Part shown: positions 51,780-62,964 of the stretch, in pieces
Layout: every line of letters starts with the position of its first letter
How positions within the stretch are numbered: position 1 is the stretch's first letter
Source of the DNA: Macrostomum lignano
Taxonomy: Eukaryota
Assembly (NCBI GenBank): GCA_002269645.1
Contig: NIVC01004017.1
Coordinates: forward strand, 1 to 64,000
Length of the DNA: 64,000 nt
Direction: 5' to 3'
Made by a program: the position numbers and the translations under genes
Notes under the pieces: model-generated
What the model was told of the DNA's origin: nothing
The model's database searches: none
Seen by the model: the letters and a program-made list of their open reading frames with translations, nothing else

Positions 51780-52566
51780 CGATGGGTGTCCCAGAAGTAG
51801 TGTCACTTTTGCTTGCTTCCACAAGTATTAATGTGTGTTAAAAACGTCATATGCCTTAAAAGTTAGCGGCTTATTTTAGCTTTCATGCCACGAAAGTCCC
51901 ATTTTTATAAGTGCTTCCTGCTGTAAGCAGCATGCATTCGTTCGCATACCCTTAGCCATAAAAATACACACCGCGTAGTGCTTCTATGCTCACTTAGAAG
52001 AAAGCCACAAGTACAGCTGATCAAGCACAGAGTTGCAAGACAGCAGTTCGAGGCTGGCCGGCAGTATGTTTTGCCAACTTACCCAACGGTGGTTGGTCTT
52101 TGATATCTACAGCCAGCCTCGAACTGTTCGATCCACCTGTAAACCGTTCGTCGACTGATGGAATCGGGACCGTGAATGCGGGTCAGGTTTTCGTGAATTT
52201 CAGGGCATCTCTGACCAAGACTCTAAAGTGTAAAAATTGCGTGTCTCTGCCCTTCTGTAGAGTGAAAGTTAGGGTCCATGACTGGAACAAGTCTTGCAGC
52301 TGCTGTCTTGCAACTCTGTGCTTGATCAGCTGTACTTGTGGCTTTCTTCTGAGTGAGCATAGAAGCACTATGCGGTGTGTATTTTTATGGCTAAGGGTAT
52401 GCGAACAAATGCATGCTGCTTACAGCAGGAAGCACTTATAAAAATCGGACTTTCGTGGCATGAAAGCTAAAATAAGCCGCTAACTTTTAAGGCATATGGT
52501 TTTTTTAACACGCATTAATACTTGTTGAAGCAAGCAAAAGTGACACTACTTCTGGGACACCCCTCG
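51780..52566. mobile_element. Tc1/mariner-type MITE with about 268-bp terminal inverted repeats
   Basis: Arms 51778-52046 and 52300-52568 are near-perfect reverse complements; termini TA|CGA(T/G)GGGTGTCCC with TA on both sides. Confidence 0.85.
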
Positions 52567-52590
52567 TAAAACAGCGATAAAAAAACTCAC

Positions 52591-52938
52591 CTCCATCCTA
52601 TCCTCCACCCTCTGCTTAGCCGAGTTCAACTCTCTAGTATAATCTTCAAACGACTCTACAGCTTTTTTAGCTTTTAATTCGACGTCATCATCATTAGCAT
52701 CATCCTCAGGTGGCTCTTCTTCGGCAGCTGCAGCAGCATCTGCGGCGGCTTTGGCCGCAGCAACAGACGCCGATGCTTCCTCATTGACGCTGTTCAGCGA
52801 TTCAGCCAGAGAGCGGAGCTGCTCGCGACGAGAACTGCTCGCCTCATCTTCGTATGATGTATTAACTGCTTCGAGTCGTTCCAGATCTGTGCAGTAGTCT
52901 TCGGCGTCTAGGTGTTCACGGCTCATTGAACTGTCCAC
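52591..52938 (-). CDS. DMD: Dystrophin exon
   Basis: TTGTCCAG|GTG at 52939; GAG|GTGAGT at 52590; phase 0-0. Confidence 0.87.
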
Positions 52939-53589
52939 CTGGACAAGTGAAAAAAGAATCAATGAAACACGGGGCTAATTTAGAAAGTCTGAGATGCAGA
53001 TTTTATGAATCAATGTGCCGCGCTGGGTGTGAAGAGTCAAGCTGCTCGACCCAGTGAAAGCGGTACGCAGGCAAAGAAGCTTGTCAGAATCACTTGCGTC
53101 GGTCGCCTCAGAGTCGTTGCAAGATAAAACACGAAAGAAGAAGACTCAGACGATTCTAAAATTACGATATTCTACGGTACAAGTCGCCAAAAATTCGTCG
53201 AAGAGTCGCATTTAAAAGAGTCAATTTGAGGCGCTTTATATTGTCTGCGACTCTGAAACGACTCTGGGGCCGTAGAGTCGTATCTGACGCGTGCCAAAGT
53301 CGCTGTTAGAATCACTGAGGTTGCGTCTCCAGAGGAGGCACCAGAGGAGGTGGAGAGGACATGAAGAGAGAAAAGAGAAGAGAGATTGGAGAAACGATAG
53401 GTGAGGGAGAAAGGAGAAGAGATGAGACGAAAGGAGAGGAGGCATGAACTAGGAGAGGGGAGTGGAGAGAAGAGAAGAGGAGAGAAGGGGAGAGGGGAGA
53501 GGAGAGGAGAGGATATTAGAGAAGAGAGATCCTTATACAGGCCGATTTGCCATTTTGAAGTTTCAAAGCACCCGAAGGCCAGATAGAGA

Positions 53590-53647
53590 GGCTTTTGAGG
53601 GCCGCACGTGGCCCGCGGGCCGGAGTTTGCCAGCCCCTGGTCTAGCC
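53590..53647 (-). mobile_element. hAT/Charlie-like transposon terminus
   Basis: CAGGGGCTGGCAAACTCCGGCCCGCGGGCCACGTGCGGCCC next to a TCTAG-containing flank; partner end not found. Confidence 0.55.
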
Positions 53648-53745
53648 ATATCAATACGCACAGGTTAAGAATTAGTTACCAGTTTAATTGAAATGCCCAA
53701 CCCACCCCTAACCGAATGAGTTCAATCCAGCAAAGCAAAACCAAC

Positions 53746-54120
53746 CTGTTTATTAGCCTTGCGAATCCAGTCCTTCTCCAGTTTGAGCAGGCTGTGAAAG
53801 CTGTGCACAGCAGTGAGCATGTTAGCTTTCCGTCTAGAGGCCAGCTGGCCTGCTTGGTCAATTATCGACTGTATGCGAGCTTTCAAACTGTCCGGCATTT
53901 TATCACTGTAATTGGCCAAATGGCTTCGGCCAGTTTCGGACAGTTCAGCTGCCAGCTGTCCGCTGTTTGACAAGTCGCTGGTGCTGACTGAGCGCGGCTT
54001 CGCCTGCTGCTGCTGCTGCTGCTGCTGTGATGAAGCAGAGTCGGCGGCCGCGGCAGCCGCAGAGAGGCGAGATTCGCTGGAGTCGCACCAGGCTTCCATT
54101 GATTGCAGGGCGGCGAAGTT
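53746..54120 (-). CDS. DMD: Dystrophin exon
   Basis: AACCGCAG|AAC at 54121; CAG|GTTGGT at 53745; 'LQSMEAWCDSSESRL'. Confidence 0.83.
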
Positions 54121-54129
54121 CTGCGGTTG

Positions 54130-54267
54130 CGGTTGCGATTTTGGGGTGGTGTACGAGTGTCAGCTGTTTCACACAGGGGGTGCGGTTGCGATTTTGGGGT
54201 GGTGTACGAGTGTCAGCTGTTTCACACAGGGGGTGCGGTTGCGATTTTGGGGTGGTGTACGAGTGTG
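54130..54267. repeat. 53-bp tandem repeat (about 2.6 copies) abutting an acceptor
   Basis: Copies start at 54130, 54183 and 54236. Confidence 0.92.
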
Positions 54268-54274
54268 AGCACAT

Positions 54275-54400
54275 CGGCCCAGGCTCGATTCCAAGTGCAG
54301 TCAAATTGATTTCGGGACTGAATTGGAACCTCGGCTTGGCTCTGCTCGTGTATAGTTAACGCCTTTGAGGGCCGACCCCTAAGTCACAGTGAAGTGTATA
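54275..54400 (+). mobile_element. SINE family A fragment
   Basis: CGGCCCAGGCTCGATTCCAAGTGCAGTC...GGCTTGGCTCTGCT matches 55720-55800. Confidence 0.7.
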
Positions 54401-54916
54401 TACCAGTGTACAGATATGGGAGAAGGAGAGGAGGAGGGAGAGATAGTGAAAAAAGAGAGACGGGGGAGAAGAGAGGGGAGAAGGAGAGAGGGAGAGAGGG
54501 GAGGAGAGAGGAGATGGAGAGAGTGGAAAAAGAAGAGAAGGGGAAGTAGATAGAAAGAGGAGATGGGGAGAAGGAGATGGGGAGAAGGAGATGAGGAAGG
54601 AGAGAGAGGGAAAGGGAGAGGGGGAGAGGGATAGTAGGAGGAGGGGTAAGAGGAGAGGGAAAAGAAGAGAGGGAAGAGATGGGCAGAAGATGAGGGAGAA
54701 AGAGACAGAGAGAAGTAGCGGGGGAAGAAGAGAGAGAGAGAGAGAGGAGAGGTGGAGAGGGGGAATAAAGATCAGAGGCAAAGCAGGATGCGGAGATACC
54801 ATCCCAGGCCATGGTCCAGACCATAGCGCGCACACAAGCGTTTAGAGATCCAAAGAATCGGTATCAGCAGACAAATAACAATGACTGAGAAATACTACAG
54901 AGACCAGTCTACTCAC

Positions 54917-54925
54917 AAGTAGCAA
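54917..54925 (-). CDS. Candidate 9-nt microexon (LLL)
   Basis: AATGTTTTAG|TTGCTACTT|GTGAGT; phase 0-0; separated from the upstream exon by a 46-nt intron. Confidence 0.35.
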
Positions 54926-54971
54926 CTAAAACATTTTGCAGCAAAAATTGAACTCAAAAAAGATTCCTTAC

Positions 54972-55283
54972 CTCGAGTCTGGCGCACAGCTCTGCTCGTT
55001 GCGCTTCCAACCGTTGCTGCACCGGCGCCAATCCGTTAGCAACCGATTCGGACCTGGCGCTAAGCGCCGCTCGATAACTCTCTTCGCAATAGGCGGCCAG
55101 TTCGCCGACTAAATCGCGAACAGCGCTAGCTTTTGGCGCCAGCGCCATCACGTCGGCAATGGCGCCGTCTAATTCGGCTAGTTGAGATTTCAAATCGGCG
55201 CGAGATTCTACGCGAACCAAAGCCAGAGTGCTGGCGAATTCGCTCATGTCCATGGACCAGTTCTCGAGCTCTTGTAGCTGCGA
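54972..55283 (-). CDS. DMD: Dystrophin exon
   Basis: CAATTCAG|TCG at 55284 (alternative AG 6 nt further in); GAG|GTAAGG at 54971; 'QLQELENWSMDM'. Confidence 0.85.
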
Positions 55284-55327
55284 CTGAATTGTGAGTTGGT
55301 TTTGCGGGATGCTCAGAATCAAGTTCT

Positions 55328-55605
55328 CATGCATTGAAATACCCCTATCCTAATGCATTGAAATACTCCTATCATAAAGCATTGAAATACCCCTATCCTA
55401 ATGCATTGAAATACCCCTATCCTAATGCATTGAAATACCCCTATCACAATGCATTGAAATACCCCTAATTAAAATACATTGAAATACCCCTATCACAATG
55501 CATTGAAATACCCTTATCTTAATGCTTTGAAATACCCCCAATTAAAATACATTGAAATACCCCTATCCAAATGCATTGAAATACCCACATCGCAATGCAT
55601 TGATA
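55328..55605. repeat. 24-bp minisatellite
   Basis: Unit ATGCATTGAAATACCCCTATCCTA. Confidence 0.9.
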
Positions 55606-55695
55606 TACACTTTATATCAAACATCTCGACATAGAAGCAGCCTATCTAAAAAACGTACATAATTTTCAAATAAAGCATCTGTGTCCCTATAAAAC

Positions 55696-55985
55696 GGGGG
55701 CCGTAGTCTGGTGGTCCAGCGGCCCAGGCTCGATTCCAAGTGCAGTCACATTAATTTGGGGATAAATTGGAATCCCGGCTTGGCTCTGCTTGTGCAATTA
55801 ACGCCCAGCCGCAGGGCCAACCCCCAAGGCACATTGAAGTGTACATGTCTAACGATAAATAAAGTTAGGGCCGCTGTACACTCCTGTGTGTGTGCCTGTG
55901 CGTATGACTGCGTACGTATCCGCGCGCGCTTGTGCGCCTGCTCAGGGGAGTCGGTTGTGTACACGAAGGGCCGATCGACCCTTTC
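55696..55985 (+). mobile_element. SINE family A copy with a deletion in the head
   Basis: GGGGGCCGTAG...GGCTCGATTCCAAGTGCAG...AAAGTTAGGGCCGCTGTACACTCCTGTG; inverted relative to the 62176 copy. Confidence 0.75.
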
Positions 55986-56602
55986 GTGTAGATAAGAAAT
56001 TGGTACACAAGACCGTAAATAAATAATCTTAATGGTTTTTCTCTTTTCAATTTCGCACTGCGGGGTCAAAGGGGCGCTAATTAGCTATCAGATAAATCAA
56101 TTACTCAGTTTTTTACAGATCCTTTATCTTGATATTACAATTAAATTATCGATTGATTGATTCTGGCTATCTTCTGTTATCTCTCGACTTCAATCCCGTT
56201 ATCAATATCAACCATGGTCAAAATTAGCAACCCTTGCCCCATTCTTTCGGGAAAGTCAGCCCACTGTCTTATTAGTATATGAAGCCCTTACTGGCTTAAA
56301 TGTATTCCTAACATAATTACCCACATTATCGTGTTCAATAAAGTCATTCCTGCACGCTGAAGAGTCGATTGACCCTGTCGGCTGTATGTACTTGTAGATA
56401 AAAAAATAACAGCATTTTATAGCTACTTTATTACCCAATTTCTTTGCGCACTGAGTTCACATGTACTATCAGGCCATGTTAGTAATCAGCAAGCAACCCT
56501 TGCCTATTTCTCAATCTCAATTAATTTAATTAGCATGCTTAAAGTGCACCAAGTTACACACAGGCCTGTCTATATAGAACCATAGCAGGTCAGCCAACTC
56601 AC

Positions 56603-57211
56603 GCAAATCTTCGCCCTCTTAGCCACCAGATCGCCGACAAACTTGGCCCGACTCTCCGCTCTGCTAGCCAAATCCGACAGGCGCCGGATGAGCGCCCCGG
56701 CAGCTGTCTGCCTGTCCGGCTGGCTGGGGTCCGCTGCCAGACCTTCCAGCCGTGTGAGGCTCTCGCCGCCTCGCCGTTGCAGCAAAGCCACCAGGCTAGT
56801 TAAATGTCGGTGCCGCTCCGTCAGGCCGCCGCCTTCTTCGTCGCCGTCATTGTCCTCGTCTGAGGCGACGGCGATTGGCCGGCGAAGCAGCTGAGCAACT
56901 TCGTCGCACCAGGCCTCGGTCTCGCCGATCAGGCGCCACAGGGGGTCGCGCTGTTCCCGGCTGGCCCGCTTGTGCAGCTCGGCCAGCGCGTCGAAGGTGG
57001 CCAGCCAATCGGCGCTGAACTCGGCATAGTCTCGCTCTACTAGCTGCTGAGTTCTCGAGGCTTGCTCGCCAACGTTACTACTAGCGCCGTTGTTGTTAGT
57101 AGTAGTAGTAGTAGTAGTAGCCTCGCTAGTAGCTGAGGATGCACTGGAGCCTAAGCTGCACTGCAGTTCAGATAGGCGAGTGGCCAAGTCTCGATGCTGA
57201 GGATCCAGTTC
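56603..57211 (-). CDS. DMD: Dystrophin exon
   Basis: AATTTCAG|GAA at 57212; TGC|GTGAGT at 56602; 'LIGETEAWCDEV'. Confidence 0.88.
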
Positions 57212-57239
57212 CTGAAATTGATATTAATAATATAATAGT

Positions 57240-57460
57240 TATTATTGATGTGCAACTGACATCTCAGTGCAAGGACTGGGGGTTGCCACACACACCTTCA
57301 ATTACCCCAGCTAATGCTGGCACCCATTTTACAGCTGAGTTAACTGAAGCAATGCTGAGTTAAGTGTCTTGCTCAAGGACACAAATCGTTCCAAGTGGGA
57401 TCGGGAATCGAACCCCTGACCTTTCAGTCGTGAGTCTGAGCTCTGACTAATCCCCCCATC
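57240..57460 (-). mobile_element. tRNA-headed CORE-type SINE (copy 2)
   Basis: GGTTCGATTCCC; GTGTCCTTGAGCAAGACACTTAAC...CTCAGCTGTAAATGGG; aligns by eye with the 15270 copy. Confidence 0.75.
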
Positions 57461-57548
57461 TCTTAGATGGACTTTTATCGATCTACGGCTAAACCAAGTC
57501 TTTGACTTGGTACACCAAAAATACAACAGCTGCCTGAAACTGACTGAC

Positions 57549-58097
57549 CTTCATCTCTGCCAGCCTCTCTGCAGCCGCCTCGGCCAGCGGCGCCAGCTGA
57601 CCGCCTCTCTGCCCGGCCGCGCTCTGCAGGAAGTCCCGCTGACGGTTCAACGCCAGCCTCAGCTGGGTCAGGCATTCGTAGAATCCTCTGACTCGATCGG
57701 CCACCGCGGCCCGCCGCTGACAGTCCTGCCACACAGCGCTCAGCTCTGTCCAACGCTGCTCAATCTCTTCTAGTAGTTCCTGAATTTCCAAAGCGCTTTC
57801 GGCTGGCACGCGACCCTGCGAAATGCAGGAATCGCCCAGCTGCCTGACAGCAACCAGACGAGGCTCCCAGGTGTTTAATTCGTCGCGAATATCGTCTAGG
57901 AGTAGGCGATGCTGATCGGCTGATAGTTTCTCGGCAGCATCGCCGCTAGCTGCAGCGGATGCTGAGTCCTGCTGAGACTGCTGCTGATGAAGGCTACGCC
58001 GGCTGGCTTCCATTAGGCTGCTACGAGCGCTGTGTGTTAGCGATGTCAATTCTAGCATTGATTCAATGCGATCGAACCAGTCTAGCAGACTGCGAAC
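57549..58097 (-). CDS. DMD: Dystrophin exon (about R4-5)
   Basis: CCAAACAG|GTT at 58098; AAG|GTCAGT at 57548; 'SLLDWFDRIES', 'EEIEQRWTEL'. Confidence 0.9.
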
Positions 58098-58762
58098 CTG
58101 TTTGGTTGAGAAAGACAATATTGCATTGTTATAGGAGCCGGGGTTTGGCCGATAGACTACCTAGCTGTGACAACCATAGCCAGTCACGAGCCCATAGACG
58201 CTAAGGCTGAGATAGCCTTATGTTTCTCGTCAATGGCCTATGGCCACCAGACGAAATCAAACTACAGGATTGGCGTTCCATAGTTAACTGCAAAGAATTG
58301 CGGAGTCAGGCGTGGATGTCATCACCCAGTTGCCTGCGCTACCTGTCCCGCAAATTGAGCATAATCTGATTGAGCACTCATGCGTCGCAAAATACCCAAA
58401 TTAAAGCCTGAAATCATGCAACTGCTCTCCTCATACATGGTTTCGGCCATAGACAATCGTCGAAGCATGGGTTGAATAAGATTGGCCGTGTCTTCAATTG
58501 AATGCCCTTAAAGCTTCGATAGTTTACCATAGACAGTTTTGTCAGAGCTACACTTTGAGAGTGAGGAGAGTTGGTTTTAGGGCTCCCCAGTGCGAGTACC
58601 ATAGACTATTTCATGCTTTCTAACAAATCAATGAATTTATTGGATAGCCAGGCTAAAAAGCACCGTACAGTTACCATACAAAATCTTGAAGCCATTGATA
58701 TCAACTTCGATAACAGTGCTTGAAGATTATCACCAAAAAACATATATTCTTTTCCAACCAAC

Positions 58763-59032
58763 CTTATAGTTCAAATCGTCCACTACGCTATCCCCAAGGT
58801 CCTCGCCAGCAGAGTCGCCGCCGCTGCCGCCTCCACCAGCCGAAATCGGCATCGCCGGTTTTAAATCGCCAAAATCGCCAGCCTTCCATTTGGCTAATTT
58901 TTGACGCAGCGCTTCCGCACATTTCGGATTGTCGTGACAGGCTGACGTCACTTCTTCGGCTGTGGTCTCCAGCTTGCGCACGCAGCTAGATAGTGATTTC
59001 ACCTTCGCTTCCTGGGTGTCCGATGAGAACAC
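58763..59032 (-). CDS. DMD: Dystrophin exon (about R3 / hinge 2)
   Basis: CGTCGCAG|GTG at 59033; AAG|GTTGGT at 58762; phase 0-0. Confidence 0.82.
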
Positions 59033-59243
59033 CTGCGACGGGGAAGGGTTGTTAATTTATGTTATTACCTGTCACTAGTTAGTTAGCAAGTATTCAGATG
59101 AGCAACCAAATCTACTGGCGCTAAGACAGGCATTGTTTGTTTTGTTGTTTGGGCAGCACTGTGTTCTTGGTTTTTATTGCGACGCCGTGATCAACGATTA
59201 ATAATACAAAGACTGCTCAATTAGCACGGGAAACTATGCTTCT

Positions 59244-59789
59244 TAGAAAATGTTTATGAGGCTGGTTGTCACCGAAAAAAATACACTACGGAGATATGTT
59301 GTGCCTGTCACATAGCTTTATTGATATTCATAAAGTTTATCGTTCAGAAAATTAGGATTCTATGTTATTTTATATTCTACATACAATTGCACATGTCCTG
59401 CGCCTATACACCATTAAAATGGCATGGCTCGACTCATTGGTTTTATGAATCTATTTTGTCATTCTTAGCTGATTGTGTAACAATGTGTGTAACAAAGATG
59501 ATAAAATAGATTCATAAAACCAAATAGTCGAACTGTGCCATGCATTTTAAAGATTTTTAGGTGCAGGGAATGCACGTAGAGTAAAAAATTAACATAGAAT
59601 CCTAAATTTTTTAACGAAAAAACTTTATAAATATTCATGGAGCTATAGGAAAGGTACAACATATCAGAAGATGAACATTGAGTCTGCCTCCTATGGAAAG
59701 CAATAACAATTTTTGTGCTGAAAAAACGAAAACTTCCTATCACCGTAGCGTATTTTTTCGGCGAAAACCAGCCTCCTTAACATTTTCTA
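59244..59789. mobile_element. Foldback/palindromic MITE-like element
   Basis: Left TAGAAAATG...GAGGCTGGTT..CCGAAAAAAATAC mirrors the right end; inner arms GGTTTTATGAATCTATTTT / AAAATAGATTCATAAAACC; centre about 59480. Confidence 0.7.
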
Positions 59790-60002
59790 TGGTTCGACTG
59801 TCTCTTTAATATAATATAACTACAACTAAAGAAACAAGATCAAAACTGAGAACATTTAGCTAGTACATAAATTGTCCACTATGCCGACTATGCTATCGAT
59901 GGAGAATTTCCTGCTTTAAAATTGCATCCTTTTTGGCAGAATATCAGACAATAGAAATTAAAATAATCCTAATTCCTTTACTACAAAAACATGACAACTC
60001 AC

Positions 60003-60821
60003 CACATCTCTAAGCAAGCTTTCATCCTCTTCAAATTGTCTCCAAGCCAGCAAGGCCGATTGCAGATCTGAGAATCGCTCAGAATTATAAGCCATGGTGT
60101 CTGTCCATCTAGCAGCTAGGCCTTCGATTCGGGTTTCCGTTCCACTCTCGCCATTAGCATCGGCGTCCAATACCAGAGCGTCCTGCACTGACGCTACCAG
60201 AGCTTCCTGTATCTCCAAGTAGTCTTGAAACTCGCGATGCGATCTTAACTGCCGCTTGATGTCTTCTACAAATGGACCGACGCCGCCCACCGTCTCCTGC
60301 TCGATGCGGCCCTCAGCCCAGTGCAGAAATCCGCTCAGCCGTCGAATATCTCGCTCTTGAAGCGCGGCCAGACGCTTTCTTAGTCGAGCCTCTTTAGCAA
60401 CAGCGGCTTGTCTGAGCGCGTCCCATCGGGTCTGAAGCAGCTGCACCTGCGACTGAATCTCTTTCCTAGCCGGACCGCTCAGCTCTCCGGAGGTGAGCAG
60501 TGCATCAGCCAGTTCCAAGACGCACCTGACGTCCTCCTGATTCTCAGTCAGCTGATCGGCAATTGCTTCGTGATCGCGATACTGCCGGCGAGCTTCGCGA
60601 ACTGTGCTCAACTCGGATTCGGACACGGGCTCCGCTACCTTATCAGCGGGCTGCTGCCGATTCGAGTTTAGTTCGTCATTGTCAACAACGTCGTCGTTGT
60701 CGTCGTCTTGCTCGTCGGCAGCCGAGGCGACAAGATCTTCGGCGTCGAATAGCCATTCGAGGCAACGCTCCAGCGAGTGTTGATAGTCGCGCAATAGTGG
60801 CAATTGTTGCTGTTGCTGTTG
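60003..60821 (-). CDS. DMD: Dystrophin exon (spectrin repeats R1-R2, start of R3)
   Basis: T-tract ...TATAAACAG|CAA at 60822; GTG|GTGAGT at 60002; 'LQTRWDALRQAAVAKEARL', 'VGPFVEDIKRQLRSHREFQDYLE' match human R1/R2. Confidence 0.94.
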
Positions 60822-61009
60822 CTGTTTATAAAAAAGAAAAAAAGACATATTAGTATGCGTGAATATGTATTAAGCAGACGAATATTGAAAATCAAAGACT
60901 ACAGATAAGAAGACAGAGATGATACAGAAGAGATTAAGCTACCCTGCTGCTGAGTACACCAAAGTGTATTGAAAGACCTGTGGGACAGCAAATCCTACGA
61001 AAATATTTT

Positions 61010-62150
61010 ACGGTGTTGCACATCCTGCAAATGGATTGTATGGTGTTGCACATCCTACGAATGGATTGTATGGTGTTGCACATCCTACGAATGGATTGTA
61101 TGGTGTTGCACACCCTGCGAATGGGTTGTATGGTGTTGCACACCCTGCGAATGGATTGTATGGTGTTGCACACCCTGCAAATGGGTTGTATGGTGTTGCA
61201 CACCCTGCGAATGGATTGTATGGTGTTGCACATCCTATGAAAGGATTGTATGGTGTTGCACATCCTACGAATGGATTGTATGGTGTTGCACACCCTGCGA
61301 ATGGGTTGTATGGTGTTGCACACCCTGCGAATGGATTGTATGGTGTTGTACATCCTACGAATGGATTGTTTTTTGTTGCACACCCTGCGAATGGATTGTA
61401 TGGTGTTGCACATCCTATGAAAGGATTGTATGGTGTTGCACATCCTACGAATGGATTGTATGGTGTTGTACATCCTGCGAATGGATTGTATGGTGTTGCA
61501 CACCCTGCGAATGGATTGTATGGTGTTGCACATCCTATGAAAGGATTGTATGGTGTTGCACATCCTATGAAAGGATTGTATGGTGTTGCACATCCTACGA
61601 ATGGATTGTATGGTGTTGTATATCCTGTGAAAGGATTGTATGGTGTTGCACATCCTACGAATGGATTGTATGGTGTTGCACATCCTATGAAAGGATTGTA
61701 TGGTGTTGTACATCCTACGAATGGATTGTATGGTGTTGCACATCCTACGAAAGGGTTGCATGATGTTGTACATCCTACAAAAGGATTGTATGGTGTTGCA
61801 CATACTACGAAAGGATTGTATGGTGTTGTACATGCTAAGCTACGAATGGATTGTATGGTGTTTTATATCCTACGAAAGGATTGTATGGTGTTGTACATGT
61901 TACGCTACGAATGGATTGTATGGTGTTGTACATGCTATGAATGGATTGTATGGTGTTGTACATGGTACGAATGGATTGTATCGTGCTGTATATCCTGTGA
62001 AAGGATTGTATGGTGTTGTACATGCTACGAATGGATTGTATGGTGTTGTATATCCTACAAATTGATTGTATGGTGTTGTATATCCTGTGAAAGGATTGTA
62101 TGGTGTTGTACACACTACAAAAAAACTACAGGGGTTGCACAACCTACGAA
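61010..62150. repeat. 30-bp minisatellite
   Basis: Unit ATGGATTGTATGGTGTTGCACATCCTACGA. Confidence 0.95.
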
Positions 62151-62175
62151 GGGACTATAGAGGATTGTGCGCCGT

Positions 62176-62534
62176 TTTTTTTTATTAGAGGCAGGGGGGT
62201 TGTGTGCACCCTGGCGCACTTTAAGCGACATAGGCACACAACCGGCGAGAGGCATTACTGCCCATTCCGCCGACTCCCCTGAGCAGGCATACAAGCGCGC
62301 GGATACGTTACGCAGGCACACACTCACACAGGAGTGTACAGCGGCCCTAACTTTATCAATTGTTAGGCATGTACACTTCACTGCGCCTTGGGGGGTTGGC
62401 TCTCAAGGCCGTTAATTGCACAAGCGAGCCAAGCCGAGATTCCAATCCAGCCCAAAATTAATGTGGCTGCACTTGGAATCGAGCTGGGTCGCGGCACACC
62501 AGAGCAGCTGCGCTACCGCTGGGCTACGGCCCCC
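62176..62534 (-). mobile_element. tRNA-derived SINE family A, full-length copy
   Basis: Head GGGGGCCGTAGCCCAGCGG (A box) ... GCTCGATTCC (B-box-like); A-rich tail; body shared with three other copies. Confidence 0.75.
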
Positions 62535-62964
62535 TGATTGTGCGCCGTACAAAAGGACTAACTGTAGAGGTAACACAGAGGTAATGTTTAAAATTAGTGT
62601 AAGCATATAACCACAAAAATTCCAAAAAATAAAACTAGAGAAACTTAACACCGAGCTAGCTTTTCACCTATACACACAGGAACGCGTGAATGTTGCACTA
62701 ACACTTTCTTGGGCGATATATAAAACATCTAATTTCCTGTCTTACAATTTTGTTGCTGCACTGTATAGAGCAGATCTCCTAGGTACAGGAAGACAAATTT
62801 AAGCATTTGCTGATATGACCAAGTCTATAGGGTAAAATAAAATGCTAAACATCATGGTCGAATTCAGATCAAATTTCAACTTTACAAGCGACAATAAAAC
62901 TATAAAAATCGCGTTCCTTCAGTCGTAGAATCTATTGGTAACCCGCTAAAAAAGGTAATTCAGT

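Larger units (their letters stand above)
31..60821 (-). other. DMD: Dystrophin/utrophin-family gene, partial (spectrin repeat 1 to EF-hand region; 5' CH-domain exons and 3' ZZ/C-terminal exons outside the window)
   Basis: 23 exons with canonical AG/GT boundaries whose phases chain consistently. Hallmark motifs: R1 'YQHSLERCLEWLFDAE', 'FQRPADFEPKL', WW '[22 protein letters not shown]', EF '[28 protein letters not shown]'. All match vertebrate dystrophin as recalled. Confidence 0.96.

Noticed and set aside
59069-59115. Possible missing R3 exon ending in CAG|GTAATA
   Set aside because: Stop codons in all three frames.
61036-62160. 374-aa YGVAHPTNGL-repeat ORF and overlapping ORFs on both strands
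   Set aside because: A 30-bp minisatellite open in several frames; no unique domain or splice support.
62440-62534. tRNA-like sequence
   Set aside because: No complete cloverleaf; it is the head of a dispersed SINE with four copies in the window.
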